This document shows, in pieces, positions 27,791 through 35,552 of a stretch of 50,620 bases of DNA. The notes under the pieces were generated by a model, which searched no databases, was not told the origin of the DNA, and worked only from the letters and a program-made list of their open reading frames with translations. The position numbers and the translations under genes were made by a program. The stretch lies in contig JAFMIX010000002.1 in assembly GCA_017853785.1 (NCBI GenBank), forward strand, positions 1-50,620, read 5' to 3'. The stretch comes from Verrucomicrobiales bacterium. GTDB taxonomy: Bacteria; Verrucomicrobiota; Verrucomicrobiia; Limisphaerales; JAFMIX01. Each line of letters starts with the position of its first letter. The stretch's first letter is position 1.

Positions 27791-28534
27791 ATGAAGTTTC
27801 TGCTCAAACTGATTTTGCGGCTGCTGGCTGTGCTGCTAGTGCTGGCCATCGTCGCGTTCCTTTCGTGGGACTGGATTGTGAAAAAGGTCGCCGAAAAGCG
27901 GATCCAGTCCGTCACCGGCATGGAGACGCACATCGGGAAATTTTTCATCGGCGTGACGACGCCGGTGATTCGCATCAAGGATTTCAAGCTCTACAACCCG
28001 GCGGAATTCGGCGGTGCGCCGTTGGCGGATCTGCCGGAGGTGCATCTGGAATACGACAAGGCGGCGCTGCGGGAAGGTAAAGTGCACCTCAAGTTGCTCC
28101 GCGTGAATCTGGCCGAGTGGAATCTAGTGCGCAGCTTGGACGGCCGCACCAATGTGAATGTGCTGCGCGAACGGCTGCAGGCGCAATTCGCGGCGGCCGC
28201 CAAGGCGGCGGCGGAAGCCGGCAAGAACGGCAAGAATGTGCCGCTCCTGCAGTTCGACCGGATCGAGATGCTGAACCTCACACTTGGGCGGATGCGGTAT
28301 CTCGACCTAGCCCATCCCGAGGCGACGCGGGAGGTGGATCTGGGCATCCGCAACCAGGCGTTTCCGAATGTGAAATCACAGGAGGACCTTTACGGGCTGG
28401 CGGTCGTTTTGCTGCTGAAATGCGGGCCGGAACTGATGGAACAATTTTCCGGCCAGATGCAGGGCCTGGCGGCGGATGGCGCGGACAAACTGAAACAAGC
28501 CAAGGACAAGGCCGGCGCGTTGATCAAGCAATAG
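27791..28534 (+). CDS. Membrane-anchored hypothetical protein (AsmA-N-terminal-like)
   Basis: ATG 27791 gives MKFLLKLILRLLAVLLVLAIVAFLSWDWIVKKVAEKRIQSVTG..., an N-terminal anchor followed by a beta-rich region. The family call is tentative. Confidence 0.5.
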   Translation: MKFLLKLILRLLAVLLVLAIVAFLSWDWIVKKVAEKRIQSVTGMETHIGKFFIGVTTPVIRIKDFKLYNPAEFGGAPLADLPEVHLEYDKAALREGKVHLKLLRVNLAEWNLVRSLDGRTNVNVLRERLQAQFAAAAKAAAEAGKNGKNVPLLQFDRIEMLNLTLGRMRYLDLAHPEATREVDLGIRNQAFPNVKSQEDLYGLAVVLLLKCGPELMEQFSGQMQGLAADGADKLKQAKDKAGALIKQ

Positions 28535-28563
28535 GCTTCGTGGCGGAACTTCGCCGCGGTGGT

Positions 28564-28598
28564 GTCACCCGTTTGTAACCGTCCCGTCACCCGCTTGT
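28564..28598 (+). promoter_or_regulatory. Direct repeat GTCACCCGYTTGT x2 (22-nt phasing) upstream of the response-regulator gene
   Basis: GTCACCCGTTTGT (28564-28576) and GTCACCCGCTTGT (28586-28598), 12/13 identical, 43-77 nt upstream of ATG 28641. This geometry is typical of OmpR/PhoB-family tandem sites. Confidence 0.4.
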
Positions 28599-28640
28599 TG
28601 CCGGGTTTGAATTGTCGGCGTCGCGGCGGCGTGTTAATCA

Positions 28641-29330
28641 ATGCAAGTGAAGCCGAAGATTATGGTGGTGGATGATGAGCCGGATGCGCTCGAGTTGATC
28701 GAGTTCAATCTCAAGCAGGCCGGTTACGATGTCGTCACGGCTGGCGACGGCGCGGCGGCGTTGAAGAAAGCCCGCTCCGCCTCGCCCGATCTCGTGATCC
28801 TCGACATCATGTTGCCGGAGATCGACGGCTTTGAAGTATGCAAGCTTCTGCGTCGCGATCCTGCCACGGCGGCGATTCCCATTCTCATGCTCACGGCGCG
28901 CGCGGCAGAGATTGACCGCGTGCTCGGGCTCGAACTCGGCGGCGACGATTATGTGACCAAGCCGTTCAGCCCGCGCGAACTGGTCTTGCGCGTGAATAAA
29001 ATTCTGGAACGCGCGGCGGCCCCCGCCAAGTCCAAGCGCGATAATTTCACCATCGGCGACCTGCATATCGACGTGCCGCGCCATGAAGTCCGGTGGAAGG
29101 GCAAAGCCATCGAGCTGACCGCCACGGAGTTCAAGCTCATCACACTGCTCGCGGAACGGACCGGCCGGGTACAGTCACGCGAACAACTCCTGCGCGATGT
29201 CTGGCAATACGACACACTGATCGACACGCGCACTGTGGATACGCATATGCGCCGCCTGCGCGAGAAGCTCGGCGGCGCGGCCAAACATTTGGATACGGTG
29301 CGCGGCGTCGGGTATCGGTTTGTGGAGTGA
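28641..29330 (+). CDS. OmpR/PhoB-family response regulator
   Basis: Receiver VVDDEPD...DLVILDIMLPEIDG...KPF. Winged helix LTATEFKLITLLAERTGRVQSREQLL...TVDTHMRRLREKL...VRGVGYRF. Confidence 0.93.
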   Translation: MQVKPKIMVVDDEPDALELIEFNLKQAGYDVVTAGDGAAALKKARSASPDLVILDIMLPEIDGFEVCKLLRRDPATAAIPILMLTARAAEIDRVLGLELGGDDYVTKPFSPRELVLRVNKILERAAAPAKSKRDNFTIGDLHIDVPRHEVRWKGKAIELTATEFKLITLLAERTGRVQSREQLLRDVWQYDTLIDTRTVDTHMRRLREKLGGAAKHLDTVRGVGYRFVE

Positions 29331-29339
29331 TGCTTTTTC

Positions 29340-29434
29340 AGCCACGCTCTTTTAGGGGTGAAACACGGATTTATTGAGACGGATTCGTGAGTCTTGCTTA
29401 AATCTGTGTTTCATCCGTGTTTGATCTGTGGCTA
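29340..29434. repeat. REP-like palindromic element (core CACAGATnAACACGGATGAAACACA family) between RR and HK genes
   Basis: AGCCAC...GTGGCT outer pairing. GTGAAACACGGAT (29358-29370) is complementary to ATCCGTGTTTGA (29413-29424) and ATCTGTGTTTCA (29402-29413). The minus-strand core CACAGATCAAACACGGATGAAACACAGAT nearly matches 35407-35433. Confidence 0.6.
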
Positions 29435-29444
29435 AATCATTCGC

Positions 29445-30617
29445 GTGTCGATCATTCCTTCAGTTCTCGCGCTGGCGGCGCTCCTCGCGCTTCATTTCTG
29501 GTGGCGCGGGAAGTTGCGCCGCGAGCGGTCCGCCCAGCGTGCGGAACTCGCCCGGATCACCCAGTCCGAACATGACGCCAACGCCGGGGCGTTGGCGCGG
29601 CAGAACGCGATTTTCGACAGCATGATTGAGGGCGTGCTGGTGCTCGACGAGAACGGTCTGGTGAGTTTTGCGAATCGCACGTTCGCGGAGATGTTCGCCA
29701 CCGTCGGCATCCTGCGCGGCAAAGCCCTGTTGGAAACGGTGCGCTCGCACGAGATCGCCGAACTCGCCGCGCGCGCCCGGGTCGAGGGCCGTGTGCTCGG
29801 CCACGAATTGAAGCTTCCGGGCGAACCGGAACGCTGGTTGCAGATCAATGCCTCCGCGGTCACTGCTGTGGATCGTCGCCGGCTGGGAACGATCCTTGTT
29901 TTTCACGACCTCACACGGCTCAAGCAGCTCGAAGCGACGCGGCAGGAATTCGTCGCCAACGTCAGCCACGAACTCCGCACGCCGCTCGCGATGATCAAGG
30001 GCTACACCGAAACCCTGCTTGGCGGTGCGAAGGACGATTCCGCCACGGCCGCGAAGTTCCTCCAGACCGTCGAGCGCCACGCGGACCGGCTCACGCTGCT
30101 AATTGAGGATTTGCTGACCATCTCGTCGCTGGAATCCGGCCAGATCAAACTCAATCTGCAACCGGTCGCGCTCGGGCCGGTCGTGGAAAAGGTCTTCGCC
30201 GACCTCAAGCCGCGTGCGGATGCCAAAGGCGTGAAATTGCTCAACCAGTTGCCGCCGCTCGTCGTGACGGCGGACGCGAATCGCCTGCATCAGGTCCTGA
30301 GCAATCTCGTGGACAACGCCATCAAGTATGGCCGGGTCGCGGGCAGCGTGCTCGTGGCCGGACGGCCAAGCGACGGCAGTGCGGAGATTTCCGTGCAGGA
30401 CGACGGGCCGGGCATTCCGGTCGAGGCGCTGGAGCGTGTGTTCGAGCGGTTTTATCGCGTAGATAAAGCGCGCTCGCGCGAGCAAGGCGGCACGGGTCTT
30501 GGTTTGTCCATCGTCAAACACATCGTGCAGGCGCACGGTGGCAAAGTCTGGGCGCGTAGCGAGCCAGGCAGGGGAGCGACGTTTCTCTTCACGCTGCCTT
30601 GTAGCGGCGGTCTGTGA
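29445..30617 (+). CDS. PhoR-type sensor histidine kinase (TM-PAS-HisKA-HATPase)
   Basis: GTG start. H-box FVANVSHELRTPL, N-box LSNLVDNAIKYG, DDGPGIP, GGTGLGLSIVKHIV. Confidence 0.93.
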   Translation: MSIIPSVLALAALLALHFWWRGKLRRERSAQRAELARITQSEHDANAGALARQNAIFDSMIEGVLVLDENGLVSFANRTFAEMFATVGILRGKALLETVRSHEIAELAARARVEGRVLGHELKLPGEPERWLQINASAVTAVDRRRLGTILVFHDLTRLKQLEATRQEFVANVSHELRTPLAMIKGYTETLLGGAKDDSATAAKFLQTVERHADRLTLLIEDLLTISSLESGQIKLNLQPVALGPVVEKVFADLKPRADAKGVKLLNQLPPLVVTADANRLHQVLSNLVDNAIKYGRVAGSVLVAGRPSDGSAEISVQDDGPGIPVEALERVFERFYRVDKARSREQGGTGLGLSIVKHIVQAHGGKVWARSEPGRGATFLFTLPCSGGL

Positions 30618-30703
30618 CCGCGCATCGCGTCGGCGCTCATAGCGCGCCGCTACAAACGCGACAAAGCGTTGCCGTTCAACCTTGCCGCCGATATAGTCTC
30701 CGC

Positions 30704-31183
30704 ATGGTTCACGTAGGCATCGGTTACGACGTTCATCAATTGGTCGCGGGGCGCAAGCTCGTCCTCGGCGGCGTGGAAATCCCCCACACCAAGGGCCTCG
30801 ACGGCCATTCCGATGCGGACGCGCTCATGCACGCCATCTGCGACGCCGTCCTCGGCGCGCTCGGCGAGGAGGACATCGGCCACTTTTTCCCGAACACTGA
30901 CCCGCGGTGGAAAGGCGTGCCCAGCAAAATCTTTTTGGAGGAGGCCGCCAAGCAGGCGACCAAGCGCGGCGCGAAGATTGTGAACATTGATGCCACCGTC
31001 ATCGCGCAGTCCCCGAAGATTTATCCGCACATCGCCGAGATGAAGCAGCGCCTCGCCGCCGCACTGGGCGTCACGGTGAAGCAGGTCGGCGTGAAGGCGA
31101 CCACGAACGAGTTGATGGGTTTTATCGGCCGCGAGGAAGGCATTGCGGCGATGGCCGTCGCGAGCGTGGACATCCCCGAATAA
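30704..31183 (+). CDS. ispF: 2-C-methyl-D-erythritol 2,4-cyclodiphosphate synthase
   Basis: The internal ATG at 30704 gives MVHVGIGYDVHQL...GHSDADALMHAICDAVLGA...ATTNELMGFIGREEGIA. Confidence 0.95.
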   Translation: MVHVGIGYDVHQLVAGRKLVLGGVEIPHTKGLDGHSDADALMHAICDAVLGALGEEDIGHFFPNTDPRWKGVPSKIFLEEAAKQATKRGAKIVNIDATVIAQSPKIYPHIAEMKQRLAAALGVTVKQVGVKATTNELMGFIGREEGIAAMAVASVDIPE

Positions 31184-31187
31184 TCTC

Positions 31188-31457
31188 ATGCCCAAAGCCG
31201 AAGTCAGTTGGAAGCGCGTCACCGAGGACGGTGAAAAACTCCAGGTCTACGCCCAGCGCGTGAGTCGCGACTGGCGGTTTTTCGCCCGCCCCAAGCGTTT
31301 CGACCAGTGGCAGCCCGTGCCCGAGCCGCCGCTGGAGGATTGGCTGGCGTTGCTGGACGCTGTGGAGCGGATGGTGGTGCGCCGCCGGCTGCAGCCGGAT
31401 GACGAGGAGCGGTTACGCCGCCGCATCCGCGAGCATTTTCCGGAAGCGAAGTTCTGA
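31188..31457 (+). CDS. Hypothetical 89-aa protein
   Basis: ATG 4 nt after the ispF stop. Basic/Trp-containing MPKAEVSWKRVTEDGEKLQVYAQRVSRDWRFFARPKRFDQWQPV... No family recognised. Confidence 0.5.
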   Translation: MPKAEVSWKRVTEDGEKLQVYAQRVSRDWRFFARPKRFDQWQPVPEPPLEDWLALLDAVERMVVRRRLQPDDEERLRRRIREHFPEAKF

Positions 31458-31477
31458 AGCGGGACGGAAATCCGGCG

Positions 31478-31990
31478 TCAGTTGCCGGAATTCTTGGAAT
31501 CGGCAGCTTCCGATTTCTCACTGCGGCGAGCGGCAAAAAAACTTTTCAGCAAGGCGCGACACTCCTCCTCGCGCACTCCGGGGGTGATGTCACAGCGATG
31601 GTTCAGGCCGGGAAATTGCAGCAGGTTCAGTGCGCCGCCGGCGGCGCCGCCTTTCGGGTCGCCGATGCCGAAAACCACGCGCGCGAGCCGCGTGTGGACG
31701 ATCGCCCCGGCGCACATCGGGCAAGGTTCTTTCGTGACGTAGAGGGTGCAATCGGTCAGGCGCCAGTCACCGACAGCTTCCTGCGCCTGCGTGAGCGCGA
31801 GCATCTCGGCGTGGGCGGTGGCGTCCTTGAGCAGTTCCACTTGGTTGCTGGCGCGGGCGATGATGCGACCGCCGCGCACGATGACGGCGCCGACGGGGAC
31901 TTCCTCTGCTGCGTAAGCCCGCGCGGCCTGACGCAGCGCCTCGCCCATGAAGTGCGCGTCGCTTTGCAAGTCGATGATCGGTTCGTTCAT
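31478..31990 (-). CDS. tadA: tRNA adenosine(34) deaminase
   Basis: HAEMLAL and PCPMCAGA zinc motifs. The internal ATG at 31990 gives MNEPIIDL... Confidence 0.92.
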   Translation of the reverse strand: MNEPIIDLQSDAHFMGEALRQAARAYAAEEVPVGAVIVRGGRIIARASNQVELLKDATAHAEMLALTQAQEAVGDWRLTDCTLYVTKEPCPMCAGAIVHTRLARVVFGIGDPKGGAAGGALNLLQFPGLNHRCDITPGVREEECRALLKSFFAARRSEKSEAADSKNSGN

Positions 31991-32279
31991 CAGCGGGAGC
32001 GTAGCGGGGATGGAAGCAGTTTGAAAGACCGCTTCAACGTCCGGTCGCAAACAACGCGGGCTTGAAGGGGGATTGCTCCCGCTTACGAAAATAGAATCAA
32101 AACGGCAGCCTGCTCCTGCCGGATTGCTTGGAGAGGTCTTCCAAAGGTTTGTCGCGTTTTTTGGCCTGCGACTGGATGCCCTTTAAAGCGACTCCAGTGT
32201 TGCCGTCTACCGTGGCGGTGGGTTTATTGAGGACCTTTTCATTGACCACCTACTCCAGCTCGGTGCGGTAGTAAAACCG

Positions 32280-32435
32280 TCAGGCCAGCAGGGCCAACCC
32301 GAAAACCAGCATGAGGAAGCGGCGCAACTTGGTCTGCATCCGCTGCCGGCGCTGGGCTTCCAGCTCGCTTTGCTGCTCGGCATTCGCCTCTGCGGCGATC
32401 TGGCTCATGGCCTTCTCAAAGGATTTGTCGCTCAT
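32280..32435 (-). CDS. Possible 51-aa tail-anchored small protein (below the ORF-track cutoff)
   Basis: ATG 32435: MSDKSFEKAMSQIAAEANAEQQSELEAQRRQRMQTKLRRFLMLVFGLALLA-TGA. The same frame stays open to 32098 apart from this TGA and one TAG (32250-32252). Confidence 0.3.
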   Translation of the reverse strand: MSDKSFEKAMSQIAAEANAEQQSELEAQRRQRMQTKLRRFLMLVFGLALLA

Positions 32436-32628
32436 AATTAGCCGGGAAAGTTGTGAGAATAAGTTTTAAATCAAAGCAAACGCCCGCTAAAAACGACCTC
32501 GGATCGGACGTGAAAATTGCCATCCCGTGAAGGCAAATCGCCAGCCCGGCTCGGTCCAAATGGCAGGAATCAGACTGGGTAAGAACGTATCTTTAAAGCC
32601 CAACGGCTGGAGTTTTTCTGAAACCGCT

Positions 32629-33588
32629 CTAGGTGAACGGACAGCGCGAGCAATGTTGCAGGCCGACTTCCAACAGCTCCGGCAACTTCGCGGAACATTC
32701 CGGGCGGGCAATCTCGCAGCGCGGCGCGAAGGCGCAGCCGCCCGTCGGGCGCGAGAGGTCGGGGGGCATTCCGGGGATCGTGTATAGCTCCGTGCCCTTC
32801 GGCTGGAGCGCGGGAATTGATTTCTGCAACGCTCGCGTGTAGGGATGCCGCGTGTTCGCAAAAAGTTTCTCCGTCGGTGCGGTCTCCACGATGCGTCCGG
32901 CGTACATCACCTGCACGCGCCGGCAGAACCCAGCCACCACGCCAAGGTCGTGCGTGATCCAGATGACGGCCATACCGGTCTCGGCTTGCAGCCGCTTGAT
33001 GAGTTCCAGAATTTGCGCCTGCACGGTGACGTCCAGCGCGGTGGTGGGTTCGTCGGCAATGAGCAGATCCGGCTTGGTGATAAGCGCCATGGCGATCATC
33101 ACGCGCTGCCGCATGCCGCCGGAAAATTCGTGGGGGTAGCTGCGGATGCGCTTGGCGGCATCCGGGACGCCGACGTGTTCCAGCATCTGCACCGCCTGCC
33201 GCACCGCCTCGGCGCGCGAGGCCAGGCCGTGAATCAGCAGCGGCTCGACGATTTGATCTTCGATGCGCATGAAGGGATTCAGCGAAGTCATCGGGTCCTG
33301 GAAGATCATCGCCATGCGGCGGCCGCGGATGGCGTTGAGTTCTTTGGGTGAGCAGTTCAGCAAGTCGGTCTTGCCGGCGAAGATGGCGGTGCCGCCCTCA
33401 ATGCGGCCCGGAGGCTGCGGCACGAGGCCCATGAGCGAGTAGCACGTCACGGATTTGCCCGAGCCGGATTCGCCCACGATGCCGAGCGTCTCGCCGTGCG
33501 CGATGGCGAACGAGACATCGTTCACGGCGCGCACGATACCGTTGCGCGTGTGGAAGCTGGTTTTGAGATTTTTGACTTCGAGCAGCAT
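32629..33588 (-). CDS. oppD: Oligopeptide/dipeptide ABC transporter ATP-binding protein
   Basis: Walker A GESGSGKS, signature FSGGMRQRV, Walker [13 protein letters not shown], Cys-rich oligopeptide C-terminal region. Start is ATG 33588 (1 nt after the oppC stop) or 33621. Confidence 0.9.
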   Translation of the reverse strand: MLLEVKNLKTSFHTRNGIVRAVNDVSFAIAHGETLGIVGESGSGKSVTCYSLMGLVPQPPGRIEGGTAIFAGKTDLLNCSPKELNAIRGRRMAMIFQDPMTSLNPFMRIEDQIVEPLLIHGLASRAEAVRQAVQMLEHVGVPDAAKRIRSYPHEFSGGMRQRVMIAMALITKPDLLIADEPTTALDVTVQAQILELIKRLQAETGMAVIWITHDLGVVAGFCRRVQVMYAGRIVETAPTEKLFANTRHPYTRALQKSIPALQPKGTELYTIPGMPPDLSRPTGGCAFAPRCEIARPECSAKLPELLEVGLQHCSRCPFT

Positions 33589-33589
33589 T

Positions 33590-34471
33590 TCAATCTTTTG
33601 AAGCGCGGACATCGAGCGCATCGCGGAGGCCGTCGCCGAGGAAGTTCAGCGAGAACAGCGTGAGGGAGAAACAGCCGGCGGGGAAAAATAGCAGCCAGGG
33701 AAATTCCTCCCAACTCCGTGCGCCGTCCTGGATCAACGTGCCCCACGAGGCCTGCGGTGCTTGCACGCCGAAACCAAGGAAGCTCAGGAACGCTTCGGTC
33801 AACATCACGCGCGGCACGATGAGCGTGCTGAACACGATGACGATGCCCAGCACGTTGGGGATCATGTGGCGCAGGATGATGCGGCGCTTGCGCAGGCCCA
33901 GCGCGCGGGCGGCCTCCACGAATTCCTGTTTCTTGAGCGCGAGCACCTGGCCGCGCACGATGCGCGCCATGTCCAGCCATTCCACCGCGCCAATGGCAAT
34001 GAAGAGCAGGTAGATGTTCCGCCCGTAAATCACCATCAGCAGGATCACGAAGATGGTGAAGGGCAGGGCGTAGAGGATGTCCACGAACCGCATCGCCAAC
34101 GCATCCAGCCGCCCGCCGATGTAGCCGGAAATCATCCCGAACAACACGCCGATGAGGACCGATACGAGCGTGGCCGCCAGCCCGACCGAGAGCGAGACGC
34201 GCCCGCCGTAGAGCAGGCGGGACAACTGGTCGCGCCCGAGGTCGTCCGTGCCGAACCAATGCGCGGCGCTGGGTGCGGTCGCGCCGAGTGCGAGGTTCTG
34301 ATTCGAATACGAAAGGCCCGGCATGAATGGCGCGGTGAGCGAGGCGAGTGCCAGCACGAGGACGAAAATGGCGCCGGCGACGGCCATCTTGTTCTTGCGC
34401 AGGCGCAGCCACGCATCCTGCCACAGCGAGTGGCCGGCTTCGACTTCGGTGATGGGCTGGGGCGGGCTCAT
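33590..34471 (-). CDS. oppC: Oligopeptide ABC transporter permease
   Basis: N-terminus SLWQDAWLRLRKNKMAV. EAA-type loop EFVEAARALGLRKRRIILRHMIPN. ATGA overlap with oppB. Confidence 0.92.
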   Translation of the reverse strand: MSPPQPITEVEAGHSLWQDAWLRLRKNKMAVAGAIFVLVLALASLTAPFMPGLSYSNQNLALGATAPSAAHWFGTDDLGRDQLSRLLYGGRVSLSVGLAATLVSVLIGVLFGMISGYIGGRLDALAMRFVDILYALPFTIFVILLMVIYGRNIYLLFIAIGAVEWLDMARIVRGQVLALKKQEFVEAARALGLRKRRIILRHMIPNVLGIVIVFSTLIVPRVMLTEAFLSFLGFGVQAPQASWGTLIQDGARSWEEFPWLLFFPAGCFSLTLFSLNFLGDGLRDALDVRASKD

Positions 34472-35385
34472 TCGAATCGCAGTTTCGGGTTGAGCCAGAC
34501 TTGCACGATGTCAACGAGCAGGTTCATCACGATGATGAGCACGGCGTAGAACAGCACCGTGCCCATGACCATCGTGTAGTCGCGGTTGAAGCCGGCCATG
34601 ACAAAGAATTTTCCCAGTCCGGGGATCTGATAGATGCTTTCCACCACGAGCGAGCCGGTGACAAGGCCGGAAATGGCCGGGCCGATGAACGATACCACCG
34701 AGAGCAGCCCGCCGCGCAGCGAGTGCCGCCAAACGACGCGCCATTCGCTGGCGCCTTTCGCACGGGCGGTGCGGATGAAATCCTGGCTTAAAATCTCCAG
34801 CATCCCGCCGCGTGTGAGCCGCGCGACGTAGGCGGTGTAGTAAAGACCGAGCGTGATGGCCGGGAGGACGCGGTCGCGTGGCTGTTCCCAGCCGGAGGCG
34901 TTGAACCACGTCAGCCACGAGGCGAACACCAGCAGCAGCAGCGGCCCGGTGACAAAAGTGGGCAGGCAGATGCCGAAGGTGGCGAAGGACATGGGCACGT
35001 AATCGCCCCAGGTGTTCTTGCGCAGCGCGGCGATGATGCCGGCGATCAGGCCAAACGTGAGCGCGAAAGCCAGTGCGTAGAGGCCGAGTTCCAGCGAGAC
35101 GGGAAAGGCGGACCAGAGCAGTTCGTTCACGGACCAGCCGGCGTATTTGAAGGACGGGCCGAGGTCACCTTGGGCGAGGTGGCCGAGGTAATCGAGGTAT
35201 TGCTGCCAGACGGGTTTATCGAGACCGTATTGCGCCTCGATCTGCGCGCGGATTTCCGGTGTGGTCTGTTTCTCGGAATCAAACGGTCCGCCGGGCGCGC
35301 GCTTCATCATGAAGAACGTGAGGGTCGCCACGATGAACAACACCGGGATTGTCTCAAACAGTCGTTTGGTGATGAGGCGGAGCAT
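34468..35385 (-). CDS. oppB: Oligopeptide ABC transporter permease
   Basis: MLRLITKRLFETIPVLFIVATLTFFMM...; DFIRTARAKGASEWRVVWRHSLR. Confidence 0.92.
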   Translation of the reverse strand: MLRLITKRLFETIPVLFIVATLTFFMMKRAPGGPFDSEKQTTPEIRAQIEAQYGLDKPVWQQYLDYLGHLAQGDLGPSFKYAGWSVNELLWSAFPVSLELGLYALAFALTFGLIAGIIAALRKNTWGDYVPMSFATFGICLPTFVTGPLLLLVFASWLTWFNASGWEQPRDRVLPAITLGLYYTAYVARLTRGGMLEILSQDFIRTARAKGASEWRVVWRHSLRGGLLSVVSFIGPAISGLVTGSLVVESIYQIPGLGKFFVMAGFNRDYTMVMGTVLFYAVLIIVMNLLVDIVQVWLNPKLRFE

Positions 35386-35395
35386 TTTTATTTAA

Positions 35396-35552
35396 CCAAG
35401 GATGGACACAGATAAACACGGATGAAACACATATCTTGGAGCGCGGCTGTGGTCGCAGACCCAGCCGCAGCAGGTTGAACGCGCTGCAGCTGGTGCTTCG
35501 CACACAGCCCCGCTCCGTCCCGACATTCGTGTTTATTGGTGTCCATTCGTGG
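35396..35552. repeat. Composite REP-like palindromic element filling the oppA-oppB spacer
   Basis: The 25-nt arms CCAAGGATGGACACAGATAAACACG (35396-35420) and CGTGTTTATTGGTGTCCATTCGTGG (35528-35552) are 21/25 complementary. Inner palindrome GGAGCGCGGCTGTG (35438-35451) / CACAGCCCCGCTCC (35503-35516). The core shared with 29340-29434 is at 35407-35433. The right arm supplies the last oppA codons and the stop. Confidence 0.65.

Noticed and set aside
30620-30662. GGCGCTCATAGCGCGCCGCTACAAA motif between HK and ispF, reminiscent of dispersed '...SAPLQ'-type repeats
   Set aside because: There is a single copy in the window and only a 5-bp potential stem. I cannot support it as a repeat family from this sequence alone.
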